Below are positions 39,009 through 48,988 of a stretch of DNA of 64,000 nucleotides, one piece after another. Origin of the DNA: an uncultured Thermoprotei archaeon (lineage in GTDB: Archaea; Thermoproteota; Thermoprotei; Thermofilales; B15-G2); NCBI GenBank assembly GCA_965367815.1, contig CBDUKN010000012.1:11595-75594 (forward strand). Reading direction: 5' to 3'. The notes under the pieces were generated by a model. It worked only from the letters and a program-made list of their open reading frames with translations. It was not told the origin of the DNA and ran no database searches. Position 1 is the stretch's first letter, and each line of letters opens with the position of its first letter. The position numbers were made by a program, and so were the translations under genes.

Positions 39009-40050
39009 AGTAGTCTTCTCTATCCTCTATCTTCATTTTAAAAATACTTTTTCCTTCACACTTATAAGGTACTTCAAGAATATCTGCTATAGTTGGAATA
39101 ACGTCTATGATTTCTGCTTCCCTCACTATTTTTCCTCGATACTCTTCGGGCAGCGCGCCTCCTGATATAATAAATGTTATTCTTCTAGTTCCACCGCTGT
39201 ACTTATCTGTAGGCTTATCCTCCTCGAAATCCCATACACAGCAGTCAAATGGTGCGTCGTGTCCACAGCACCAGTTAACACTTCTAGCTCCCTGTTTTCG
39301 AGCAATACTACAGCCTAAGTGATAGCCGTGGTCTGAAGCCACTACAATATATGTCTGATTCCACATTTTCCTAGACTTTAAGTAACCTATTATTTCCCCT
39401 AATATATAGTCTAGAAGCATCATGTAAGAGTGCTTTGACGTAAATGGGTTAATGCCATGTCCTCTGACATAAGAGGGACAGCCATTAATTACATCGAATG
39501 TAGGGAAATATATTAGCATCAAATTGAAGTCGGGATTAAAGTCCATGTAGGGCTTAATGAAGTTTCTCCATAATAAGAGATCAGACCACTCGACTGTATT
39601 ATGTATCGATATTTTGGTACAGTGAGGAGAAACAATAGTGTCAGGTACATAAAAGTAGCCTCTTTCATACCATCCACCAAAAGTAGCGCACTTAAGCTCA
39701 CCCTTATAGTACTCTTTAGCATACTCGAAGAACCCTGTTTTCTCTTCATTGCTATAGCCTTCAGGATTTCTCCAGTATTCTTCATCGTAGAGAGGTCTAG
39801 TGTAGCTTCCTGTAGCTAAATACCTCATGCCTTGTCTAGTCCAGCATACTCCTCTATTCCATGGCCTCACTACCCATAGGCCGTTGTCTATTAGTTCTGC
39901 AAAATGAGGTATTAGTCCTCTCTCATAGTAGCCTTTAATATTTACTGGAGGTATTCTCTTTTCCTCGTCAACATATACTCCTTCAGCCCAGTGTCCTGGA
40001 AGCTGGTCTATAACCAGGAGTATTACTTTTACCTTAATTTTATTCGACAT
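38995..40050 (-). CDS. Alkaline phosphatase superfamily protein with Cys-rich insert
   Basis: LVIDQL, T...YLATG, ASDHG and DVIPTIA motifs; GCS...WCCGHD...DCC insert. Confidence 0.75.
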   Translation of the reverse strand: MSNKIKVKVILLVIDQLPGHWAEGVYVDEEKRIPPVNIKGYYERGLIPHFAELIDNGLWVVRPWNRGVCWTRQGMRYLATGSYTRPLYDEEYWRNPEGYSNEEKTGFFEYAKEYYKGELKCATFGGWYERGYFYVPDTIVSPHCTKISIHNTVEWSDLLLWRNFIKPYMDFNPDFNLMLIYFPTFDVINGCPSYVRGHGINPFTSKHSYMMLLDYILGEIIGYLKSRKMWNQTYIVVASDHGYHLGCSIARKQGARSVNWCCGHDAPFDCCVWDFEEDKPTDKYSGGTRRITFIISGGALPEEYRGKIVREAEIIDVIPTIADILEVPYKCEGKSIFKMKIEDREDYYDEN

Positions 40051-40061
40051 TATATCGCCGC

Positions 40062-41384
40062 TTAAACACGTTTACCTATAATCATTACTTTCCCGTCCTG
40101 CCTAGGGAAAACATATTCTGGCCGGCCGTCACCGTCCATATCTGTTACTCTTGAACGTACTTCACCGTTGTAAAAGAAGTCTTTACGCATAGTATCTGTG
40201 AAGTATATTTCTCTTACTTGTAGCTCATATGGATTTACTACGAATATCTTCAGTCTATGTTTAACGTCTATTCGCGGCGCTCCTCTTCGGCGAACCATTT
40301 GTTCTCCGAAAACGAACTCATATTTCCCTGAGTTAGCCCAGTCAACTGCGTGAACTCTAGTAGGAACAACTTTGTATTTTGGATAAAGTCCCCAGTCTAT
40401 TACGGTGTGTCTATGTGCTCCCAGCACCCATAGAGTCTCACCGTTTGGTCCAAGTAGCCTACTCTTACCGCGGTAGCCCCACAGCTCTGTTATGTAAATA
40501 AGGCGGCCGGGTCCTTCTGGGTTAGGTATGTGAGCTATCCACTGGCCGTGGTCAAATAAATGTGATACATCCCATACTATTTTGCCGCCCGGATACTCCA
40601 TGAGAAAGCCTTTTTCAACGAGTACTTCTGGCTTGCCGTCTCCCTGGAAGTCGTCTAGCGCGACATCGTCGAAGTGAGTGTCGTCTATAAGGTCTCTTAC
40701 TCTTTTCTTGAAAACTATTTTTCCTTCAGAATTTACTATAAGTAGCTCTCCTTCAACTTTAGGTGACGCGTACCTAATATGGTCTACTGTAACGAATGCT
40801 ACGAGCTCGCTTTCTTCACCAGGCAACTTAAGGAAATAAAATTCGTGGCCAAAGTCTTTTCTAAGCCCCTTAATGCTCCACAGGAGCTCAAAGTCTTCAT
40901 TGAAAGCGAGTAGCGCTCCACCAGCTACAGCTACGCATATACCGTAAGAATCAGCAGTGCGCTTAAAGGCTCCTACCATAGGGACGGCTACACCGTAGTC
41001 ATCTGTAGTCTCTACGTGTATCTCTTTCTGCCTAACTACTTCACCGTTCTTGTCTAAAGCCATTACTCTAGCGTCTCCCGGCACACCTTCGGGTAGAAGT
41101 AGCTCCTCTTTGCCATCGCCGTCTATGTCAGCGAAATCGAATATAGTTGTTCCCCAGCAACCCGTGCTCTTCAGTCTTTTTTCAAATAAAAGCTTCCCAC
41201 TGATATCAAATACTTTAAGCAAATCTCCTGCAGTAGAAAGAACAGCTATTTCCTTACGGCCGTCGCCATTAATATCGCCTACTTCAATCGAGTAGTTAGG
41301 ATATAGTCCTAAGTCTATTAGTGCTTTACAGCAATATTCTTTAGCTTCATCTACAATAATTTCATTTAAACTGCTCGAAGCCAC
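40062..41384 (-). CDS. FG-GAP/VCBS-type Ca-binding beta-propeller protein, no signal peptide
   Basis: GDINGDGRKEI, ADIDGDGKEEL, DDFQGDGKPEV and TDMDGDGRPEY repeats. Confidence 0.8.
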   Translation of the reverse strand: MASSSLNEIIVDEAKEYCCKALIDLGLYPNYSIEVGDINGDGRKEIAVLSTAGDLLKVFDISGKLLFEKRLKSTGCWGTTIFDFADIDGDGKEELLLPEGVPGDARVMALDKNGEVVRQKEIHVETTDDYGVAVPMVGAFKRTADSYGICVAVAGGALLAFNEDFELLWSIKGLRKDFGHEFYFLKLPGEESELVAFVTVDHIRYASPKVEGELLIVNSEGKIVFKKRVRDLIDDTHFDDVALDDFQGDGKPEVLVEKGFLMEYPGGKIVWDVSHLFDHGQWIAHIPNPEGPGRLIYITELWGYRGKSRLLGPNGETLWVLGAHRHTVIDWGLYPKYKVVPTRVHAVDWANSGKYEFVFGEQMVRRRGAPRIDVKHRLKIFVVNPYELQVREIYFTDTMRKDFFYNGEVRSRVTDMDGDGRPEYVFPRQDGKVMIIGKRV

Positions 41385-41464
41385 ATTAAACTAAACTCAG
41401 CTAAATATAATACACTATTTACTCGACTACCCTAACACTTAATTTAAAATTCAGCGCATAGTAA

Positions 41465-41806
41465 ATGATAGCAATGTCTGTTATACACTGGGAAACAGCT
41501 AAAACTAAACAAAGAAAAGGAGATCCTGAAGGCTTAGTTAAAATCTATGTAAGTAGAGAAATTGGAGCAAAGAAGCTCAAAATGCATTTATCTGTAGTAG
41601 GGCCTGGTCAGAAGCCTCACGAACCCCATCGGCACGATGGCGAAGAAATATTTTTTATACTTGAAGGAGAAGGCAGAGCATTAATAGAAGATAGAGAATA
41701 CGATGTAAAGCCTTTTACAGCAGTTTTTATACCGCCGAATAAGCTCCATGGAATAAGAAATACTGGAGATAGACCCTTAAAATATTTGGTTATCATAGCC
41801 AAATAA
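41465..41806 (+). CDS. Cupin domain protein
   Basis: PHRHDGEEIFFILEG and PPNKLHGIRNTG motifs. Confidence 0.9.
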   Translation: MIAMSVIHWETAKTKQRKGDPEGLVKIYVSREIGAKKLKMHLSVVGPGQKPHEPHRHDGEEIFFILEGEGRALIEDREYDVKPFTAVFIPPNKLHGIRNTGDRPLKYLVIIAK

Positions 41807-41822
41807 TTACAGTTTTCTGTAA
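41807..41822. promoter_or_regulatory. Palindromic operator candidate upstream of the ArsR-type regulator
   Basis: TTACAG-TTTT-CTGTAA; two TACAGTA half-sites lie just before the ATG at 41864. Confidence 0.55.
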
Positions 41823-41863
41823 AATAGTATTTTTTATATTTTTACAATATTACAGTATACAGT

Positions 41864-42412
41864 ATGAGTGTAGAAGAAAGACTACGTAAGCTAGAAGAAA
41901 GAGTATCTGAAATAGAGCAGCTTATAAATAAGATAATCGAAGGGGTGCCTAAAAAAGCAACAAAAGAGCCACCTTATAAGGAGATAAGAGAGCTTCTGTT
42001 AAAGAAGTATGGAAAAATCTATGAAAAAGAATTCATTTGCCTAGTTTGCTATACCGACAAATTTGGCTGGGATTTAATACTTTCCCCTAAAGACGCTCTC
42101 AAAGTAGACACTAGAAGAGTATCTTCCGTATCTGAAGTATTAGCTAACGAGTATAGAGTAAAGATTCTCAGAGCACTTTACGAGAAATCTAGAACTTCGA
42201 AAGAACTAAGCGATATTACAGGACTTGAGGGAGGTCAGCTTTACCACCATCTAAGAATACTTACTCAAAATAGATTTGTTGTAATGGGAAAAAGGGGAGA
42301 ATACAGTATTACAGTTAAAGGAGCAGTTGCTCTCATGATTTTATCAGCTTTAGCTGAAGTACTAGTGCCTCCTCCTGAGAAAGAGCTAGAAAAGCCTTTA
42401 GACAAAGTGTAG
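41864..42412 (+). CDS. ArsR/wHTH transcriptional regulator
   Basis: LANEYRVKILRAL...GGQLYHHLRIL...RGEY.IT.KG. Confidence 0.85.
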   Translation: MSVEERLRKLEERVSEIEQLINKIIEGVPKKATKEPPYKEIRELLLKKYGKIYEKEFICLVCYTDKFGWDLILSPKDALKVDTRRVSSVSEVLANEYRVKILRALYEKSRTSKELSDITGLEGGQLYHHLRILTQNRFVVMGKRGEYSITVKGAVALMILSALAEVLVPPPEKELEKPLDKV

Positions 42413-42443
42413 ATTTCATTGGAAAATGTTCTCGAGCAATAAG

Positions 42444-42860
42444 TTATTTGTCTTCTTTTTCCGTAGAGAGAAGTATTGGCCTAACTACCTCTATTCCCTT
42501 CAGGTTAAGTAGTTCTCCTATGAGCTCAGTTATTTTCTCTACTTCTCCTCTAACAGCTATAGCTAACATACATCTTTCTTCGTCTAAGTGTACGTGAAGA
42601 GTACTAGCAACTATATCGAGATGTCTATGCTGTACTTCTGTTATTTCATGGTCTATATCTTTAACGTGATGCTGATAAACTACACCAATTATCCCGACTG
42701 CTCTTCCTTTTAGCCTCCACTTGTTTTCAGAAATAAATAGTTTGAGCGCTTCTTGAATAAGCTTAGACTTACTTTTAATATTTAGAATTTTCATGAGATT
42801 TTCTGCTTCTTGTAGAAGATCTGCTGGAATGTACACTCCCGCTTTTGTTCTAGACCCCAT
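42444..42860 (-). CDS. nikR: NikR-like RHH regulator with metal-binding C domain
   Basis: N-terminal RHH; QH...STLHVHLD...C motif. Confidence 0.75.
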   Translation of the reverse strand: MGSRTKAGVYIPADLLQEAENLMKILNIKSKSKLIQEALKLFISENKWRLKGRAVGIIGVVYQHHVKDIDHEITEVQHRHLDIVASTLHVHLDEERCMLAIAVRGEVEKITELIGELLNLKGIEVVRPILLSTEKEDK

Positions 42861-43008
42861 ACGGTTTAATTAACTAGTATTAGCTATAAATACTTCTCAC
42901 ACTTATTTCCAGTATCCTTACGCGATTTTATGTATACCGAATACTTTCAAATACATTTATTCTTCTGTAGACTATGTAGAATTGTCCGCTGAGATTATCC
43001 ATGTAGCC

Positions 43009-43113
43009 GTACACTCTTCTTCTAAAGTATATTTTCTTGAAAGCTATCTTCAGGGATATTTTCTAGCAATAGAAGCTTTATTCCAAGTCCTTTTCAGCTA
43101 CTCTATTTCTGCC
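43009..43113 (-). pseudogene. Decayed duplicate of the 3' end of the neighbouring GH65 gene
   Basis: Aligns by eye with 44049-44153 (about 66/85 identical over the core). Translates KGLGIKLLLLENIP/KIAFKKIYFRRRVY versus GH65 KGLEVKPLLPENISRIVFKKLFFRGKIY. Confidence 0.75.
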
Positions 43114-43188
43114 AAAATACTTACTATAGCAGCCAAGATTTTAAACTATCTGCATTATATAAATAGAAGTAAGACACTTTAATAGATA

Positions 43189-43629
43189 TTATTTTAAGTT
43201 AGATAAATATTGCTTTAATTGAGTATAAGTCATTACATTAACATATTTTTCTGCTTTTTTAACGAGCTCTTTGTCCTCAGTTACAAGTACTGCATTTAGT
43301 TTCTCTGACGCTACTATATACGATGAATCATAGAAAGTAATGTTTTCGTTAGCAGCAAGCTCAATAATTCTAAGTAAATTTAATTCATTAAAGTAAATAG
43401 GCTCAATGAGCTTTCTTCTCGTGAGATCTTTTAAAACCTCTGTAATCTCTACAGCGTCCTCTAAGCTTATTATTTTCAGTAGAGTCGACATTTTCCATAA
43501 ACTATTGCCGGTCTCATAGACTGTAAGGTCTAATATATGCAACGACACTTTAGCGGCTATGCTAAGTAGTTTTTCACCGTAATCAAGTAGTAAAGGCACT
43601 AAAACCGATGCATCAAGAAGGAATTTCAT
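43189..43629 (-). CDS. vapC: VapC/PIN toxin
   Basis: LLDASV, YETGNSLWK, TFYDSSY and LVTED motifs. Confidence 0.9.
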   Translation of the reverse strand: MKFLLDASVLVPLLLDYGEKLLSIAAKVSLHILDLTVYETGNSLWKMSTLLKIISLEDAVEITEVLKDLTRRKLIEPIYFNELNLLRIIELAANENITFYDSSYIVASEKLNAVLVTEDKELVKKAEKYVNVMTYTQLKQYLSNLK

Positions 43630-43856
43630 TTTCTAACCCTGTCTTCTCTCACAAGTTTAGCTACGATAGTAGGATCTATTTTTCCTGATAAATGTAATCT
43701 AAGTCTTCTTAATTTTTCTTCAAGTCTCTTTATTTCAATTTCTTCAACATATTCTTTTAGAAATTCTCTAACAACTTCACTGACATTGATGTCGAGTTCT
43801 TCAAGTTTCTCTTTAAGCTCCTTGGGAATCCTAACAGAAATTACTACACTAACCAA
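43626..43856 (-). CDS. vapB: VapB/CcdA-like RHH antitoxin; start probably near 43856 rather than 43970
   Basis: SVVISVRIPKELKEKLEELDINVSEVVREFL...VREDR; 4-nt overlap with vapC. Confidence 0.8.
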   Translation of the reverse strand: MVSVVISVRIPKELKEKLEELDINVSEVVREFLKEYVEEIEIKRLEEKLRRLRLHLSGKIDPTIVAKLVREDRVRK

Positions 43857-43867
43857 TCTTAGACACC

Positions 43868-43887
43868 GTATTACATTTTGTATTACA
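43868..43887. promoter_or_regulatory. Direct-repeat operator candidate of the vapBC promoter
   Basis: GTATTACA-tttt-GTATTACA just upstream of the antitoxin start. Confidence 0.55.
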
Positions 43888-43988
43888 GTACTATAAATTT
43901 TTCTTGAAGAAATAACGACATTGATCTTAGAGATTCTGCTTATCAAACATAAAATTTTCTCGGATAACAAGTTGGAACTGAAAATCGT

Positions 43989-46019
43989 TTATTTGAGTTC
44001 TTGGAGCTCATAAAAATCTCTGCCGTCTCTCTTCTCTACGATGAGTCTGTATATTTTTCCTCTAAAGAATAGTTTCTTGAATACTATTCTTGAGATGTTT
44101 TCTGGCAATAGAGGCTTTACTTCGAGTCCTTTCTCCGTTATTCTGATTCCGGCGAAGCCATAAATTATGTTCATTAAGTATCCTGCTGTACTTGTCAAGA
44201 AGACTATTCCTTTGTCGTGCATTAGGATCTCTCTTATTACTTCGAATGGCAGGAGGAAGAAAGGATCCCATTCTTTGAAAAGCTCTGAGGCTTCTTCGCG
44301 TTTGCCTAGTCTGCAGGCTACGACTACGTGTATTGAGGGACAAAAGCTGTGTCCTAGTTCCTTATCGGGCTTATCTATATAGTACTTGAAGTTGTTTTCG
44401 GCAACTTCTCTAGGCATAGGGTATTCTAGTGGAAAAATCATTTCGAGTACGTCTGGCTGCTTAATAGAGTGTCCGTCGTATCCATCGTACTCTAAAATGA
44501 TTTTCTTTTCTTCATCGAAGGGAATATACATTTTTTCAGCTATTTCAATCCATTTCTCGGGATATTTTATTCCCAGTCTTTCACACACTTTGATAGCAGT
44601 CTTAATGTTCCATTGCGCTATAGCATTTGTGAAAGCGCTATTGTCTACTACTGTTTTGCCCCATTTTTCGCAGACTGATTCATCAGGAGGCACTACTTTT
44701 AGTATTTCGTAGCAGTCTTTCTCAGCATTATATACAACTCTGCTGGCCCAGAATTTCGCAGTCTCAATTATAATTGGTGCAGCGCACTTTCTGAAGTATT
44801 TTTCGTCTCCTGTAGCCAAGTAGTAAAGCCACTGTGCCCACGCGACGTCTCCAACAATATGTATTTCGTCCGAGTAACCTCCTCTCGATACCTCTTTACC
44901 AGAGCTAGCTGTCTGCCAGCCGTACCACGCGCCATCGTATCCGTGTTTCCTAGCGTGTTCCTTAGCTGCCTCAAGTGTTCTACAGCGATACGCTACAATG
45001 CTTTTAGCTAGTTCAGGGTATAGTAGAATGAGCGCAGGGAACATGAAGAAGTCTGCGTCCCAGAATATGTGTCCTCCCCAGCCGTCGTTTGATAATCCCA
45101 TAGGCGGTATGCTGTGGTCTTGTCCTTCACGAACGCTAGAAACTAAGTGATATACGCAGGCTCGTATTCTGCGCTGAATAATTGGGTCATCTACCTCTAT
45201 ATCTCTTTCCCATATTTTCTCCCATTCTTTGCAGTGATCATCGAACAACTTCTCGTAGCCTTTCGCCCCACATTCCTCTGCTTTCCTTAAAGCATTTTCA
45301 AGAGGCTTCTCTGAGTCAAGTGTTGTGTAAAAAACAGTATACTTGCGCACACAGTAGCTTTTATTCTCCTCGGCTTCAAAAACCAGCTTTAGTCGAGAAG
45401 ATTTTTCCTCAACTACTTCTTTTACAGCAGATGGCTCAGGCTCGCAGACTACTTTAGATACTTCTGCAATTCTTATTTTAGATAGACTAGTTTCGACCTC
45501 TAGCCAAATAGTATTTTCTTCCGCTCCTCTTTCAATAACCCTTAGGTTTTCTAAACCAGAAGCATCTAGAAAAGTCTCTAGAACAGCCTGAATGTTTTGC
45601 CGCGGAGTAAAAACATACGATATCGCCGCCACATGGGGATCTGCCCTTGAAACAAAGAACTCTATATCAAAGTCTACGGACCCCTGAGGACTAAGCCAAG
45701 TATACTTAGTTAACAGGACCGCCTTCTTTAAGTCTAGTATTTGTTTATAGTTCTTTATTTTACTTAAATCAGAGAAAGGTTGATAATCTGAAGCAGAAAA
45801 AAGTATTCCGCTCCACTTCGGTATTTCAACTATTCTCTCGTGTTCGCCGTCATATACGCCTGCAATAAAGCTTCTTGCCTTAAAATATGCTCCTGTACCA
45901 TCTTTACTAGTCTGTATTCCTAGATACCCGTTACCTAGGTAAGAAAAGTAGTATGGTTCAAGTACATTAGTTTTAAGTCTCCAAGTATCCATTAAGCTCC
46001 CTTTAAAAAGACACAGCAA
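43989..46019 (-). CDS. Glycoside hydrolase family 65 (trehalase/kojibiose hydrolase-like); likely ATG at 45992
   Basis: GNGYLG, GHIFWDAD, HIVGDVA, PPDE and IKQPDV motifs. Confidence 0.9.
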   Translation of the reverse strand: MLCLFKGSLMDTWRLKTNVLEPYYFSYLGNGYLGIQTSKDGTGAYFKARSFIAGVYDGEHERIVEIPKWSGILFSASDYQPFSDLSKIKNYKQILDLKKAVLLTKYTWLSPQGSVDFDIEFFVSRADPHVAAISYVFTPRQNIQAVLETFLDASGLENLRVIERGAEENTIWLEVETSLSKIRIAEVSKVVCEPEPSAVKEVVEEKSSRLKLVFEAEENKSYCVRKYTVFYTTLDSEKPLENALRKAEECGAKGYEKLFDDHCKEWEKIWERDIEVDDPIIQRRIRACVYHLVSSVREGQDHSIPPMGLSNDGWGGHIFWDADFFMFPALILLYPELAKSIVAYRCRTLEAAKEHARKHGYDGAWYGWQTASSGKEVSRGGYSDEIHIVGDVAWAQWLYYLATGDEKYFRKCAAPIIIETAKFWASRVVYNAEKDCYEILKVVPPDESVCEKWGKTVVDNSAFTNAIAQWNIKTAIKVCERLGIKYPEKWIEIAEKMYIPFDEEKKIILEYDGYDGHSIKQPDVLEMIFPLEYPMPREVAENNFKYYIDKPDKELGHSFCPSIHVVVACRLGKREEASELFKEWDPFFLLPFEVIREILMHDKGIVFLTSTAGYLMNIIYGFAGIRITEKGLEVKPLLPENISRIVFKKLFFRGKIYRLIVEKRDGRDFYELQELK

Positions 46020-46036
46020 AATTTAAATGAGTATAT

Positions 46037-46699
46037 TTAATGCTGAAACTCTAGCAGCTGAATTAGCTTATATGCATAAGATTTTTCGAACGAAATATAT
46101 GCTTCAGCATATTTGACCCCAGCTTCCATTCCTCTGAAAACCATCATTTTTTCGTGAACAGGATACCATTTCTGAGGAAAACAGTTTTTATGCATATAGC
46201 ATGCTCTTTTCTTGAGCTCGGCTACTTCTGTTACATCAACGTATATTTCTGGTACAAAGCACTTTGTTTGATGCCCCGTCATTACCTCATAGAAGAATAG
46301 AGCTGGCTGAGGACTAAAACTTCTAACAACATTTATCGTGATTATTCCTACTGCTCTGTGATCAGAGTGAGTATCTATGGGCCAGTGTGTGATAATGATA
46401 TCGGGAGAAAGATCTCTTAACGTTTTCTTTACCTCAAATACAGCTTCTTTAGAGGCATATACTTCGGCGTCCTTGAAATTCAGGAAAACTATGTCAGCTC
46501 CCAGCAGCTTAAAGGCTTCTACTGCTTCCTTTTCATTTACTTTAGCGTTTTCTTCAATACTTTCCGCTCTGCCTGTAAGCTCTCCTCTCGTAAACGAAAT
46601 AGCTGTTACTTTATATCCCCTTTTAGTAAGCAGAGCAATGAGCCCACCTGCTCCTGAATCGGGATCATCTGGATGTGCGCCTAAAACTAGTATATGCAT
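46037..46699 (-). CDS. PIG-L/LmbE family deacetylase
   Basis: AHPDD, T.GE and H.DH motifs. Confidence 0.9.
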   Translation of the reverse strand: MHILVLGAHPDDPDSGAGGLIALLTKRGYKVTAISFTRGELTGRAESIEENAKVNEKEAVEAFKLLGADIVFLNFKDAEVYASKEAVFEVKKTLRDLSPDIIITHWPIDTHSDHRAVGIITINVVRSFSPQPALFFYEVMTGHQTKCFVPEIYVDVTEVAELKKRACYMHKNCFPQKWYPVHEKMMVFRGMEAGVKYAEAYISFEKSYAYKLIQLLEFQH

Positions 46700-46802
46700 A
46701 TTGCTATAGTTGATTTAAGTTATTTAACACTATTTACATAGGTTTTATCTGCTAAGACATTTTTAGAGAAAAGTTTAACTATCTGTAAGGACTCTACTTC
46801 AA

Positions 46803-46985
46803 GTGTCTAAGGAACCTAAATTAGTCAAACTGATAGATTCCTTTGAAAAAGATTACATGCACTATGAAGCATACTTTCTGGCTGGAGGAAAAATAATGCT
46901 TATTGACGAGAAAGGAGGTATAATATTTTTTGGAGACACTAAAGAATATCTCAAATACAAGAAGAAAATTCTCGATAAAAACTAG
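46803..46985 (+). CDS. Small hypothetical protein
   Basis: 60 aa, fills an intergenic gap, protein-like composition. Confidence 0.5.
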   Translation: MSKEPKLVKLIDSFEKDYMHYEAYFLAGGKIMLIDEKGGIIFFGDTKEYLKYKKKILDKN

Positions 46986-47053
46986 CTTAATATTATTTAA
47001 GGAAACTAATTAGTGTTTTAAAGTCTAGCCGCGCTACTTAAAGCGGAAACTAT

Positions 47054-47866
47054 ATGAAGTCTTGTATAAATGGAGCTACTACTATGCCTTATAGTCTTGA
47101 AGAAGATATTCGTGTAGCTAGCGAAGCTGGGTTCAAAGCTGTTGAAATATGGGTAAGTAAACTAGAAAAATTCTTATCTAAGAAAAGTAAAAGCGATTTA
47201 AAAAGGCTTTTAGAAGACTTGAATATAGGTGCTCCGTGTCTATGTGCCTTCGGAGGATATATTTTCTGCAGCGAAACCGAGTTCAAGAAAAAAGTAAGTG
47301 AGCTAAAGCCTTTCCTCGAAGTAGGAAACTACATTGGCTCTGAGTACATCGTAGTTTGTGCTGAAGGACTAGGAGGTAGAAGTTTCGAGGAAGCCTTAAA
47401 ACAGTATGTTTCTCGCTTAAGGAGATTGGGGGACTTTACAGGCGAATATGGCATTAAAGTGGCTTTAGAGTGGTTCGAGGAGCTGCCTCCAGCGATAGAG
47501 ATAGTGAAAACTGTAAATCATGAGAATGTAGGGTTCTTGATAGATACTTTTCACTGGTACCGTGGTGATGGGTCTTTAGATCACTTGAGAGAAGTTCCCG
47601 GAGATAAGCTGTTTTTTGTGCACATAAATGACTGCGAAGACTTGCCTCGAGACAAATTAGCTGACAAGCATAGGCTCTTCTGCGGTGAAGGAGTAATACC
47701 TTTAGTCGACGTACTGAAAATCTTCCGTGAGAAAGGTTACGAAGGGTACTTGTCTGTAGAGATTTTTAGGGAAGAGTACTGGAAAATGAATGTCTTAGAA
47801 ATAGCGAAGAAAGCGTACAGTAGTTTAGTTAAAGTGGCTTCTTCTGCTGGAGTATCTCTCGATTAG
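47054..47866 (+). CDS. Sugar phosphate isomerase/epimerase (IolI/IolE-like)
   Basis: ALE, DTFH, VHIND, R...GEG and SVE metal ligands. Confidence 0.85.
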   Translation: MKSCINGATTMPYSLEEDIRVASEAGFKAVEIWVSKLEKFLSKKSKSDLKRLLEDLNIGAPCLCAFGGYIFCSETEFKKKVSELKPFLEVGNYIGSEYIVVCAEGLGGRSFEEALKQYVSRLRRLGDFTGEYGIKVALEWFEELPPAIEIVKTVNHENVGFLIDTFHWYRGDGSLDHLREVPGDKLFFVHINDCEDLPRDKLADKHRLFCGEGVIPLVDVLKIFREKGYEGYLSVEIFREEYWKMNVLEIAKKAYSSLVKVASSAGVSLD

Positions 47867-47874
47867 GTGGTTTA

Positions 47875-48924
47875 ATGAAAATTAGGCTCGCTTTTATTGG
47901 AGCAGGTATAATGAACCAGCTGGTCCACATACCTAATTTCATGAGTATTAGTGATTGTGAAATAGTAGCATTGTGTGAGCTCAGAGAGAAGCTAGGTAAA
48001 GCTGTTGCCGCAAAATACCATATTCCACGCTACTATAGATCTCACTTAGACATAATTGATGTAAAGGATATAGATGCATGTGTTGTAGCTGTAGCAGACG
48101 AGCTTCACGCGCCTATAGTCATAGACTTACTCAAGTCAGGTAAACATGTTTTTGTAGAAAAACCTATAGCTACTAATTCCCGCGACGCCAAAGAAATGGT
48201 AAAGTGTGCTGAAAAAAGAGGAAGAATATTAATGGTAGGCTACATGAAACGCTATGACCCGGGCTGTAGGTACGCTAAAAGTCTCGTATCAAAGCTTATG
48301 GTCAGTAAAGAACTAGGAGAAATAACATACGCTAGAGTACATTGCTACGGCGGAGACTGGCTTGGAGGCATAATAGGTACAAGTCCTCTTGTTACTTCAG
48401 ATGAACCTAGACCTGAAGTTAAGCCTCGGCCTCCTGAGTGGATGAATCTAAGTGAATATTCTAGATACAGAGCTTTTCTCGATGTTTTCTGCCACGACAT
48501 AAACTTAATGAGATGGTTTTTCGGCGAGCCAGTGAAAATAGTTTACTCAACTTTTCACGATAATACGCATAATTCAGTGATATCTTACGAAAACTTCAAC
48601 GTGGGATTTGAAACAGGCTTTATTAAAGCTCATTTCTGGGACGAAGAGCTGAAAATATACTTTGAGAAAGGATGGATTAAAGTGAAACCTCCAATACCTT
48701 TGCTCAGAAATATTCCAGCATTAGTAGAAGTATACAGTAGCCAAAATAGAACGTTTAAGCACTGTTGGGGAAAATGGGAATGGGCATTTAAGAAAGAAGC
48801 AGAACATTTTATTGAATGCATTAAACATGATAAAGAACCCTTAACTAACGGTAGAGACGCTTTAAAAGACGTAAAGTTAATGGAGAAAATCTATAAACGT
48901 TTCCTCGAAATGAAACAGGTATAA
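47875..48924 (+). CDS. Gfo/Idh/MocA oxidoreductase
   Basis: IGAG, GKHVFVEKP, GYMKRYDP and HDINL motifs; SD-like AGGTGG upstream. Confidence 0.9.
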   Translation: MKIRLAFIGAGIMNQLVHIPNFMSISDCEIVALCELREKLGKAVAAKYHIPRYYRSHLDIIDVKDIDACVVAVADELHAPIVIDLLKSGKHVFVEKPIATNSRDAKEMVKCAEKRGRILMVGYMKRYDPGCRYAKSLVSKLMVSKELGEITYARVHCYGGDWLGGIIGTSPLVTSDEPRPEVKPRPPEWMNLSEYSRYRAFLDVFCHDINLMRWFFGEPVKIVYSTFHDNTHNSVISYENFNVGFETGFIKAHFWDEELKIYFEKGWIKVKPPIPLLRNIPALVEVYSSQNRTFKHCWGKWEWAFKKEAEHFIECIKHDKEPLTNGRDALKDVKLMEKIYKRFLEMKQV

Positions 48925-48988
48925 ATATGCTTTTATATAAAAGTCCTTCGGCGTAAATTTTTATTAACATTATGCTCTACAAAAACAT

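Noticed and set aside
42982-43182. 66-aa + strand ORF
   Set aside because: It is antisense to the GH65 3' remnant, which explains the region better.
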